Shown here piece after piece: positions 1 to 8,462 of a stretch of 64,000 nt of DNA. Within the stretch, counting starts at the first letter, position 1, and every line of letters starts with the position of its first letter. The translations under genes and the position numbers were made by a program. The DNA is from a bacterium (GTDB lineage: Bacteria; Cyanobacteriota; Vampirovibrionia; Gastranaerophilales; Gastranaerophilaceae), in the NCBI GenBank assembly GCA_017536545.1, contig JAFXHF010000008.1:49267-113266 (forward strand), read 5' to 3'. The notes below the pieces were generated by a model that was not told the origin of the DNA, searched no databases, and saw only the letters and a list, made by a program, of their open reading frames with translations.

Positions 1-241
1 ACCAAATTAAAACTTCTGGGCCTAAACTTACATTATTTCCTATTGTAATCCCACCTAATGCTGAAAATCTTGATTTTTCACCAATTCTCACATTATTACC
101 AATAGATATGTTTTTTGCTATCTGAATTCTTGTACCGCTACAAATAGTAACATTTTTACCACAAGATTTTAATCTTTTTTTGTATATTAAATATCTTATT
201 TCCCTAATTTTTAAAAAACTTACTATATCAAACTTTTTCAT
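1..241 (-). CDS. Hexapeptide-repeat (LbH) acyl/acetyltransferase, N-terminal part; the gene continues past the left window edge
   Basis: Not in the ORF track because it is truncated. My reverse-complement translation from ATG 241-239 stays open to nt 1: MKKFDIVSFLKIREIRYLIYKKRLKSCGKNVTICSGTRIQIAKNISIGNNVRIGEKSRFSALGGITIGNNVSLGPEVLIW. The repeated [IV]G-containing hexads are the LbH transferase signature. Confidence 0.55.
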   Translation of the reverse strand, partial: MKKFDIVSFLKIREIRYLIYKKRLKSCGKNVTICSGTRIQIAKNISIGNNVRIGEKSRFSALGGITIGNNVSLGPEVLIW

Positions 242-337
242 AAAAAACCTATTCTTAATCAATGAATAAATAATAACATATATATTATTTTTAATGCAAT
301 ATTATCGTATTTAATCTATACATTGCAAATTAAACTA

Positions 338-366
338 TTGATTTTTGTCTACAAATAAGGTATAAT
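338..366 (+). promoter_or_regulatory. Sigma70-like promoter for the 62-aa ORF
   Basis: TTGATT (338-343), 17-nt spacer, TATAAT (361-366), 36 nt upstream of ATG 403. Confidence 0.4.
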
Positions 367-402
367 ACCTTACTGTAACCAGTATTTAAGGGGTAAACAA
401 TT

Positions 403-591
403 ATGGCAGAAAAAATCACTATTCGTTCAGACAGAGACACAGATTACAAATTCATGTACAAAGGTGAAGAAGTTGTCCTTGGTGCAGGAAAAATTATTGG
501 TATTGCAGATGGTTTAGAACATGTTGTTTTACCTACTTGTGCTATGAAGATTATGAATAACTTAATTGTTATTAAACAAGATGTTAAATAA
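403..591 (+). CDS. Small hypothetical protein (62 aa)
   Basis: The ORF has an AAGGGG Shine-Dalgarno about 9 nt upstream, promoter-like hexamers and a downstream hairpin terminator. No family recognised. Confidence 0.5.
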   Translation: MAEKITIRSDRDTDYKFMYKGEEVVLGAGKIIGIADGLEHVVLPTCAMKIMNNLIVIKQDVK

Positions 592-620
592 AGCTTATAA
601 AACATAATAGAAGCATTTTT

Positions 621-648
621 AAAGACCGATAATAAATTCGGTCTTTTG
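621..648. terminator. Bidirectional rho-independent terminator between convergent genes
   Basis: Stem AGACCG (623-628) / CGGTCT (639-644), with an A-run before and a T-run after. Confidence 0.6.
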
Positions 649-650
649 TT

Positions 651-1208
651 TTATTTAAGCCAATCTAACATTGGACGAATCTCTCCTGATTGCAAATTAT
701 ACTTTTTAGCATTTGCACTATTTAGTAAAACATCTATTCTTAAATTTTGTTTTGGAATATCATCAATAGTTAAATTTTGATTTTCTTTATCATAATATTC
801 TGAATAATTTAAACCATTATGAACACAACCAGGGAGTCTTACATATTTTTTTATATCATCGTAATAACAAAGTCCAAATGTTCTACAAATAATTCCTCTA
901 TATTTATAAACAGAACACTCATTATCTATAAGAAATGGACAGGTGTGTTCAAATCTTTCACCTGTAAATTCTGATTTTTCTTTCATTAATTTTTTGATAT
1001 TTTTTTGAATTATTTGTTTTTTATCATTTGGTAAAGATAAAAATCCTTTTGTTAGATATGTAAATTCTAGTTGTGAATATGGAAACTCTCCACCTGTACA
1101 ACATAGTGAACAACCTTTTTTACACTTTATATATTGTTTATGGTTGTTAAAAAGCTCATTTAATATAATATCTAACTCTTCTAAAAATTTTTCATAATCG
1201 TTTAACAT
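651..1208 (-). CDS. YkgJ/UPF0153-type cysteine-cluster (CxxCxxCC) putative Fe/Zn-binding protein
   Basis: KKGCSLCC motif near the N-terminus, plus further conserved Cys (HTCPFL, NECSVY, IICRTFG, LPGC), typical of the YkgJ family. Confidence 0.7.
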   Translation of the reverse strand: MLNDYEKFLEELDIILNELFNNHKQYIKCKKGCSLCCTGGEFPYSQLEFTYLTKGFLSLPNDKKQIIQKNIKKLMKEKSEFTGERFEHTCPFLIDNECSVYKYRGIICRTFGLCYYDDIKKYVRLPGCVHNGLNYSEYYDKENQNLTIDDIPKQNLRIDVLLNSANAKKYNLQSGEIRPMLDWLK

Positions 1209-1225
1209 AATTATTATTATAATGG

Positions 1226-1540
1226 TTTTTTACATGTAGAAAAGTTTGTTAATTAATTGTAGAAAAGTTTTTTAGTTTTCTACATGTTTATATAATTTAT
1301 TATTTGTTTAAATGTTTTCTACAAATTGTCTAAAATTAATCAAAAGTTTTCTACATTTTTTAAACATTGTTAAATTATTACATAATCTATATTTCTAAAG
1401 TTTTCTACAAATATTTAATGCTTACTACCATGAAGAAATATTATATATATTATTATTTATTTATTTATATTATTATATATTGTTTTATTTTCAAAAATAG
1501 AAGTTGTATTCAGTTTGAAAATATATTATAATGTAGAAAT
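1226..1540. other. Putative chromosomal replication origin (oriC): DnaA-box-like 9-mer cluster plus A/T-rich unwinding tract
   Basis: Exact TTTTCTACA at 1276-1284, 1315-1323, 1347-1355 and 1401-1409 (+), and at 1235-1243 and 1258-1266 (-). One-off variants lie at 1226-1234 (TTTTTTACA) and 1532-1540 (TGTAGAAAT). An A/T-only tract at 1436-1491 contains a single G. The region sits at a divergent gene-orientation switch, 0.9 kb upstream of dnaN. Confidence 0.5.
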
Positions 1541-1572
1541 AGAGTTATGTTATTTAAGAGGATATTTTTGGT

Positions 1573-2262
1573 ATGTTAAAAAGATTTCTAAATAAGCAAA
1601 AAGCATTTACATTAACAGAGTTATTGATTGCTTTAACCATTATTGGTGCAGTTTCAGCAATGGCTATTCCAAACTTGATTGAAGGAATACATAGAAGAAC
1701 ACTTGTTACACAGTTAAAAAATATTTATGGAACAGTTCAAGAACTTGCAAGAGAACAGTTAGCTACAAGAAATACAAAAAATCTTTTAGATACTGATTTT
1801 GGAGATCCTGCAAAATTGTTAACTGATAAAAATTTCCAAATAACAAAAAAATGTACATCTGGTGCACAATGTTGGAATGCTCAATATAAAAGATTAAGTG
1901 ATAAAGCTGTTACAACAAGACCAACAAGTGAAAATATTGATACAGGTAAATCTATAATATTAAAAAATGGAATAATTTTAACTTACACGACAAATTTAAC
2001 AACTACATATCCAAATATGCCTGATGGTGATAAAGTTATCGGTATGTTTAGGGTTGATGTAAACGGAACAGATAAACCAAATATTATTGGACGTGATGTT
2101 TTTTGGTTTTTAATATCGAAAAAAGGTAAAGTTGTAGATTATTATACAGCTAATAATAAAGCTTATGATAAAGTAAAAGCAACAAATGAGTGTAAATCAG
2201 CTACAACCATTACTGCTTGTATGGCTCTTGTTATGAGAAATGGTTGGGAAATGAATTATTAG
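1573..2262 (+). CDS. Pilin-like protein with prepilin-type N-terminal cleavage/methylation domain (paralogue 1 of 7)
   Basis: QKA|FTLTELLIALTIIGAVSAMAIPNL gives a class III leader, Glu+5 and a hydrophobic helix. The family-specific motifs VDVNGTDKPNIIGRDVFWF and C-terminal NGWEMNY are present. Confidence 0.8.
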   Translation: MLKRFLNKQKAFTLTELLIALTIIGAVSAMAIPNLIEGIHRRTLVTQLKNIYGTVQELAREQLATRNTKNLLDTDFGDPAKLLTDKNFQITKKCTSGAQCWNAQYKRLSDKAVTTRPTSENIDTGKSIILKNGIILTYTTNLTTTYPNMPDGDKVIGMFRVDVNGTDKPNIIGRDVFWFLISKKGKVVDYYTANNKAYDKVKATNECKSATTITACMALVMRNGWEMNY

Positions 2263-2278
2263 TACAAAAATAATATTT

Positions 2279-2307
2279 AAAAAGACTCCTTTCTAGGGGT
2301 CTTTTTT
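2279..2307 (+). terminator. Rho-independent terminator after the pilin-like gene
   Basis: Stem AGACTCC (2283-2289) / GGGGTCT (2296-2302, one G-U pair), followed by T6. Confidence 0.6.
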
Positions 2308-2397
2308 ATATTACAAAAACTTTATAAAAACCTTGTTATTATATATTTTCAATTGTATTTATTTTATAATGATTTTAATAATAGAAGGAGTTAGGGA

Positions 2398-3519
2398 ATG
2401 AAATTCATTGTAAGAAAAGATGATTTATTTAACGGGATTAAAATTGTTGAACGTGCAACATCTCAAAAAGCAGTTCAGCCAGTTTTGTATAATATTTTAA
2501 TTGAAACATTAGATAATAATCAAATTAGATTAACTGCAACAGATTTAGTTTTGACTGTTATTACAACTGTTGATGCTCAAATTGAACAAGCTGGTAAAAT
2601 TACTCTTCCTGCAAGAAAATTAAATGAAGTTGTTTCTAAATTGGGTAATGATTTAATTACTTTTGAATGTGAAGAAAGTGGAACAAACGTTAATATTTCT
2701 TGCAATAAATCAAAATTTGATATGATTGGTATTTCTGCAAACGAATTTCCTCCAGAAGTTTCTAATTACCAGATGGATGAAACAAAATGTTTTGATGTTG
2801 AATTAAAACCATTCTTAAAAGCTATTAGACAAGCAGGTTTTGCTGCCGCAAGTTATGAAGTGAGTAACCTTTTATCTGGTATTGTTTGTGATTTTTCTAA
2901 CGGCATTTTAGAAATTGCTTCAACTGATGGTAATAGACTTGCTCGTGTTAGAGAAAAAATAAATTCTGATATTACAGAACAAACTCAGTTGATTATTCCA
3001 TCAAGAACACTTAATGAATTTATGAAAATGGGTGCTTTTATTGATGATGAAACAATAAAAATTTGCAAAGATAAATCTACAATTGTTTTAAAATCAGAAA
3101 AAACTCTTACAATTTCAAGACTTTTAGAAGGTCAATTCCCTAAATATAACCAACTTATACCTTCAGAAAGTCCAAAACAAGCAGTTGTAAATGTTTCTCA
3201 ACTTATTTCAGCACTTGAAAGAGTTTCTGTAATGGTTAATGATAAAACAAGTATTGTTAAAATGCATTTTGCAGATAATGAATTAACTCTTTCAGCAGAT
3301 ACTCCAGATTCTGGTAAATCTGAAGATAAAATTGATATTCAATATACTTCAGAAGAATTGTTGATTGCTTTCAATTACAAATTTGTATTAGATGCGTTAA
3401 GAATTATTGAAAGTGATGAAGTTATTATCGGTTTGAATGCTAGCTTATCTGCAACAGTATTAAAACCAAATAGTGAAGATGATTTTATCTGTTTGATTAT
3501 GCCTGTTCAAATTAGATAA
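2398..3519 (+). CDS. dnaN: DNA polymerase III beta sliding clamp
   Basis: 373 aa. MKFIVRKDDL...VQPVLYNILIE...LTATDL N-terminus and a three-domain length typical of DnaN. GGAG Shine-Dalgarno upstream. Confidence 0.93.
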   Translation: MKFIVRKDDLFNGIKIVERATSQKAVQPVLYNILIETLDNNQIRLTATDLVLTVITTVDAQIEQAGKITLPARKLNEVVSKLGNDLITFECEESGTNVNISCNKSKFDMIGISANEFPPEVSNYQMDETKCFDVELKPFLKAIRQAGFAAASYEVSNLLSGIVCDFSNGILEIASTDGNRLARVREKINSDITEQTQLIIPSRTLNEFMKMGAFIDDETIKICKDKSTIVLKSEKTLTISRLLEGQFPKYNQLIPSESPKQAVVNVSQLISALERVSVMVNDKTSIVKMHFADNELTLSADTPDSGKSEDKIDIQYTSEELLIAFNYKFVLDALRIIESDEVIIGLNASLSATVLKPNSEDDFICLIMPVQIR

Positions 3520-3551
3520 TTAAATAATTTAACAAAAGTAAATAATATTAT

Positions 3552-3585
3552 AAAAACCCGCAATTTATATATTTAGCGGGTTTTA
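3552..3585 (+). terminator. Rho-independent terminator after dnaN
   Basis: Stem ACCCGC (3556-3561) / GCGGGT (3576-3581), followed by a T-run. Confidence 0.6.
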
Positions 3586-3617
3586 TAATTCTGAAACTAA
3601 ATAAAAAAGGATAAAAT

Positions 3618-5762
3618 ATGCAAATAACCCCAGTTAGAAGTGTTTTAACACATAAAACACCAGTATTTAAAAGTCATGATATTGTACATAATGAAGAAGT
3701 AAATAAAGAAGGATTTAGCGATAAACAAGTTTGTGGAGCAGTTTTAGCAACTGCATTATCTGCTGCTGTATTAGCTGGGTCTGTTGTTAGGGGTAAGAAT
3801 AAAGCAATAAAAGCTTTAGCTGGTGAAGTTGCTGAATTAAAAGACGGTTTAAAAGTATTAGAAAAAGAAAAATTTGAAATAACAGAATCGAATTGTTTTC
3901 TAAGTGGTGAAATTGCAAAATTGCGAGGAAAATTAAAAGAATATTTATTATCTGGTGATGTTGAAATAGATATTGATATATTAAATAATCTTCGTGGCAA
4001 AATAAAAAAAGGTGATTTATCATATGATCCAACAAGACCTCCACTAAGAAAAAGAAAACCATATGTAAAAAAAGAAAATGGTTTGGATTTTGATTCAAGA
4101 ATAAAAACTGGTCCAAAAATAAAAAATAAAGAAAACCCATTAGACGTACCAGAAATAGGTAAAGATGGAAGATTCTTTTTTGAAATACCATCATCTTCAG
4201 AAATGCATATTGAAAAATGTGAACCTATAGAATTTACTCCTATGAAAAATGTTTCAACAAGTATTTCTGAAAAATATGCTGATTCTGTACAATGGGATAA
4301 TGATAAAATAGTGCGAGATATTTTACAAAATTTCTTTGATGGCCATGGTCAAACATTGGATGGTGTAAAATTTGAATTTATACCTGTTAAAGGTGGTAAA
4401 TATAAAATAAGAATTAGTGGAAAATCAACATATACTCCAGATAAAGCTGTTTATATTGGAGAATCAACAAAAAGAGAAAACTCTAAAGCAGCTGGAAATT
4501 ATGGTGAAGGTTTGAAAATGGCAGCATTAAAACTCTTACGTGATAAGGGTGCTGAAAGTGTTGTATATAGTTCTGGAAATTGGCGTGTAGATTATACTTT
4601 AACAAAAGGTTCTCTATCTGATAGAAGAGTTTTAACATATTCTCTAGATAAAGTAGATTTCCAAGAAGGTAATTTTGTTGAATTTACAGTAGATGATTTT
4701 GATATTTTAGAAACCTTCAGAAAATCAATAAATCGTTTTAATCATTCAAGAAATGTTCATTTTGCGAATATGGATTTTGAAAATAGTAAGTTTGGTTTGA
4801 AACTATTACCAGAAGGACAAAAAGGTGCTATCTATATTGCAGGTCAAAGATTAGAATATAACGGAGATTATGATGGTATTGATGGTGCGGTTATTTATTT
4901 AAAAGAAAAACCGCCAAAAGAAGTACTTGATTTATCTCGTGATAGAACTTCTATTAATGAATCTCAACTAGAAGAAATTGCAATATGGTTAGCAAAAAGC
5001 AACACAACAAAAGAAGAAAAACTTCAAGTTATGAAAGTTTTAGAAAAATATTTTAGATATATAGAAGATTCTAAAAAAGCAACCATATTGGATAAATTTT
5101 TAGATAAGTTTGTTTATTATACAGATACAGGATCTCATAGTATTGAAAAAATGGTAAACTTCCCTTCTAAATATATAGCATATTCCCCTTGTTCTCAAGA
5201 TATCTATAATGATTTAATAAATGAAGGTTATATAATATGTAAAAGTAATTTTTCATATCCTGGAATGAGAACAATAGAAGATTTAATAGGTGAAGTTAGA
5301 GAACATAAAATTGTAAAACCTAATTTATATCAAAGACAAAAAATGTCTATTATAAGACGTGCAATTTATGTATTAAAAGAAGCTTTGAAAAAACAAGGAT
5401 TTTCAAAAGAAGAAATAGATACAAAAATTTTATTATTCAATGCAAAAGCTGTAGAAGAAAGTGGTATGTATAAGCATACTCGTGCTGAAGCTATTATTGA
5501 TGATGGTTTAACAAAAGGTTTTTGGCTCGATGTAAAATATTTAGAAGAAGGATCTTTTTCTGATATGTTAGAAACAACTTTACACGAACTTTGTCATAAA
5601 GCTGGTGGTGACTCTTCAGCTTCTTTCTCTTACAAATTGACAGATGTTAATAGAGCTGTTTTAGATGAAATTTTACATGATGCATCAGTAAGACAAAAAC
5701 TTCAGGCTTTAGACGTTATTTGGAAAGAGGTAACCGAAAAAGCTGCTCAACACACAAATTAA
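3618..5762 (+). CDS. Hypothetical membrane-anchored protein (714 aa) with coiled coil, possible GHKL/sacsin-like ATPase motifs and a C-terminal HExxH
   Basis: One hydrophobic helix (CGAVLATALSAAVLAGSVV, aa 39-57) and a heptad-like region (aa 60-130). IVRDILQNFFDGHG (aa 231-244) and AAGNYGEGLKMAAL (aa 291-304) resemble the Bergerat N-box and G2-box. HELCH at aa 656-660 (nt 5583-5597). The function is not established. Confidence 0.6.
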   Translation: MQITPVRSVLTHKTPVFKSHDIVHNEEVNKEGFSDKQVCGAVLATALSAAVLAGSVVRGKNKAIKALAGEVAELKDGLKVLEKEKFEITESNCFLSGEIAKLRGKLKEYLLSGDVEIDIDILNNLRGKIKKGDLSYDPTRPPLRKRKPYVKKENGLDFDSRIKTGPKIKNKENPLDVPEIGKDGRFFFEIPSSSEMHIEKCEPIEFTPMKNVSTSISEKYADSVQWDNDKIVRDILQNFFDGHGQTLDGVKFEFIPVKGGKYKIRISGKSTYTPDKAVYIGESTKRENSKAAGNYGEGLKMAALKLLRDKGAESVVYSSGNWRVDYTLTKGSLSDRRVLTYSLDKVDFQEGNFVEFTVDDFDILETFRKSINRFNHSRNVHFANMDFENSKFGLKLLPEGQKGAIYIAGQRLEYNGDYDGIDGAVIYLKEKPPKEVLDLSRDRTSINESQLEEIAIWLAKSNTTKEEKLQVMKVLEKYFRYIEDSKKATILDKFLDKFVYYTDTGSHSIEKMVNFPSKYIAYSPCSQDIYNDLINEGYIICKSNFSYPGMRTIEDLIGEVREHKIVKPNLYQRQKMSIIRRAIYVLKEALKKQGFSKEEIDTKILLFNAKAVEESGMYKHTRAEAIIDDGLTKGFWLDVKYLEEGSFSDMLETTLHELCHKAGGDSSASFSYKLTDVNRAVLDEILHDASVRQKLQALDVIWKEVTEKAAQHTN

Positions 5763-5827
5763 TATTTTTTTGTACCAAAAACTTTTATTTATTTTATAAT
5801 TATATAGATAAATAAGAGGAGTTCACT

Positions 5828-6862
5828 ATGGCTACAATAGAAAAAGCAAATATAGATTGGGCAAACTTAGGTTTTGGTTACTATAAAACAGATAAAAGAT
5901 TTGTTTCAAACTTCAAAAATGGAGCTTGGGATGAAGGGACTTTAGTTGATGATGAAAATATTGTTATGAATGAAAGTGCTGGTGTTTTACAGTATGCTCA
6001 AACGTGTTTTGAGGGAATGAAAGCTTATACAACTATAGATGGTAAAGTTGTTGTTTTTAGACCAGATATGAATGCAAAAAGAATGTCAGATACTGCAAAA
6101 AGACTTGAAATGCCAGTATTTCCTGAAGATAAATTTGTAGAAGCTGTTGTAGAAGTTGTAAAAGCAAATTTAAAATACGTTCCACCATACGGAACAGGAG
6201 CTTCTTTGTATATAAGACCATTTATGTTTGGTATTGGCCCTGTTATGGGTGTAAAACCAGCTCCAGAATTTCAATTTAGAATATTTACATCTCCTGTTGG
6301 TCCATATTTTAAAGGTGGAGCAAAACCAATTACATTAAAAGTAAGTGATTTTGATAGAGCTGCACCAAATGGAACAGGTCATGTTAAGGCTGGTTTGAAT
6401 TATGCAATGAGTTTACACGCAATTGTTCAAGCTCATAAAGAAGGTTATGATGAAAACTTATACCCAGATGCTTTGACAAGAACTAAAGTTGAAGAAACTG
6501 GTGGTGCTAACTTCTTTTTTGTAACTAAAGATAATAAAGTTGTAACACCAAAATCAGATACAATTCTTCCATCAATCACAAGACGTTCTTTGATGTATGT
6601 TGCAAAAGAATATCTAGGTTTAGAAGTAGAAGAAAGAGAAGTTTATTTATCAGAACTTTCAGAATTTAGTGAATGTGGTTTGTGTGGGACTGCTGCAGTA
6701 ATTTCACCTGTTGGGAAAATTGTAGATCACGGAAAAGAAATATGTTTCCCATCTGGAATGGAAGAAATGGGTCCTATTTCTAAAAAATTATATGACACAT
6801 TAACAGGTATTCAATCTGGAAAAATTGAAGCTCCAGAAGGTTGGATAAAAGTTATTGCATAA
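5828..6862 (+). CDS. ilvE: Branched-chain amino acid aminotransferase (class IV PLP enzyme)
   Basis: 344 aa. The pattern FEGMKAY...RP..NA.RM..SA.RL.MP, YIRPF and the GTGHVKAGLNY-type block is typical of IlvE. Confidence 0.88.
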   Translation: MATIEKANIDWANLGFGYYKTDKRFVSNFKNGAWDEGTLVDDENIVMNESAGVLQYAQTCFEGMKAYTTIDGKVVVFRPDMNAKRMSDTAKRLEMPVFPEDKFVEAVVEVVKANLKYVPPYGTGASLYIRPFMFGIGPVMGVKPAPEFQFRIFTSPVGPYFKGGAKPITLKVSDFDRAAPNGTGHVKAGLNYAMSLHAIVQAHKEGYDENLYPDALTRTKVEETGGANFFFVTKDNKVVTPKSDTILPSITRRSLMYVAKEYLGLEVEEREVYLSELSEFSECGLCGTAAVISPVGKIVDHGKEICFPSGMEEMGPISKKLYDTLTGIQSGKIEAPEGWIKVIA

Positions 6863-6872
6863 TAAAAAATTT

Positions 6873-6909
6873 AAAAAGAAGCCGGTGTTGGGAATTAACA
6901 CCGGTTTTT
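6873..6909. terminator. Bidirectional terminator between ilvE and the TolC-like gene
   Basis: 8-bp stem CCGGTGTT (6882-6889) / AACACCGG (6897-6904), flanked by an A-run and a T-run. Confidence 0.65.
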
Positions 6910-6953
6910 AGTAAGTAAAAATATGATTAAGATTTTGAGTTAATAATTATTTA

Positions 6954-8345
6954 TTAAAGTTTACTGCCTGTTGCTTTGTATAAGCCAATATAATTTACTA
7001 GGCAGTTTACTTTATTATTCACAAGTGTTTTATCTGTGTATAAAACATTTTCTCTAACTTGAGTTAAGTCTAATTTAGAAATAATACCTGCATCGAATTT
7101 GTCGTTGCTATATCCGAAATCTTCTCTTTCTAAATCTGCTTGTTTCTTAATATTTTGATATTTTTCTTCATCAAGTTTGATTGTTACTAAAGCATCATTA
7201 ACTTCTTGGATAGAAGTTAAATTAGTTTTATAATAATTGTTTAGAATTCTTTCATAAGTTGATTTTTTAAGTCTAAGGTTAGCAAGTCTTCTACCACCTG
7301 TAAATAATGGAAGATTTAAACCACCAGCTAAAGCTGCTAAAGCGTTACCTGTTGACCAAGCACTGCCAATATCATTTGCCATTAATAGAGCAATGCCGTT
7401 AATATTAAAGGTTGGTAAAAATTCTTTTTTTGCAACTCTAACATCCAATCCAGCTTTTTCAACAAGTTTTTCAGCTTTGATATAATCTGGTCTTGCAGCA
7501 ATAACTTCTGTTGAAATTTCTGCTGGAATAACTCCTGAGAAATTTAATTCATCATAAGAAATTCTAGCTAATTGTTCAGAATTATTAGGACTTTCCCCTA
7601 TTAAAACTGCCAATTGGTTTAATAATTTAGCTCTGTTTTTTTTGTATTCAGTTAATTCTGTATTACCTGCAATATAAGATTTGTTAGCTTTAACAGTATC
7701 AGAAGTAGATGTTAAACCTTCTTTATTTCTTGCAAGCATAAGTTCATAAATAACTTTTCTATCTTGAACAATTTCTTCTTGAAGTTCAATCATTTTGTCT
7801 AATTTAACTAAATTAAGATATGTTGCACCAACCGCAGAGGCAACACCAATATATGCAGCTCTTTCATCTTGTAAAGATGCTTCATAATCTTTTTTAGACA
7901 TAGAAGTTTTATCTCTGTTTTTTAAGAATAAATCTAATTCATAGCTAGCAAATGCTGGAGTTACAAAATTAAAATCTCCATTAGTATTAGGTAATTTTGC
8001 ATAAGCAGTATTAAACCCAACTGTTGCAGATGGTAATTGATTAGCAAAATTAATTTTAATAGCTTGATAATATTCATCAACAGCATTTGTTGCCATTTTT
8101 AAATCAAAGTTGTTTTGAATTGCTTTATCAATATAAGCAGTTAATAATGGGTCATTAAAATTATCCCACCATTTATAGTTTATATATTCATATTTAAAAC
8201 TATCATTTTTAGCTCTTTGTTTATGTGATTTTGATATAGAAACTTTTTTAGTTTCATTTTTATCACCAACAGCAAAACAAGCAACAGGTGTGATTTGTGT
8301 CATCACAAAACTTGCTAATAATAGTGTAACAATACCCTTTTTCAA
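6954..8345 (-). CDS. Outer-membrane efflux factor, TolC/NodT (OMF) family
   Basis: 463 aa with an N-terminal signal peptide (LLLASFVMTQITPVAC). Internally duplicated helical/beta architecture and length typical of OMF proteins. Divergent from a MarR-HlyD-MFS operon. Confidence 0.75.
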   Translation of the reverse strand: MKKGIVTLLLASFVMTQITPVACFAVGDKNETKKVSISKSHKQRAKNDSFKYEYINYKWWDNFNDPLLTAYIDKAIQNNFDLKMATNAVDEYYQAIKINFANQLPSATVGFNTAYAKLPNTNGDFNFVTPAFASYELDLFLKNRDKTSMSKKDYEASLQDERAAYIGVASAVGATYLNLVKLDKMIELQEEIVQDRKVIYELMLARNKEGLTSTSDTVKANKSYIAGNTELTEYKKNRAKLLNQLAVLIGESPNNSEQLARISYDELNFSGVIPAEISTEVIAARPDYIKAEKLVEKAGLDVRVAKKEFLPTFNINGIALLMANDIGSAWSTGNALAALAGGLNLPLFTGGRRLANLRLKKSTYERILNNYYKTNLTSIQEVNDALVTIKLDEEKYQNIKKQADLEREDFGYSNDKFDAGIISKLDLTQVRENVLYTDKTLVNNKVNCLVNYIGLYKATGSKL

Positions 8346-8462
8346 TGTTTTATTTCCTCTTAAAATTATTTACTTGCAATTTTTATAACGATATGATAGC
8401 ATAATATTGTTGTAAATGCAACACATAAAATTTTCAACATAAAGAAAAATCTCAATCTAAAG

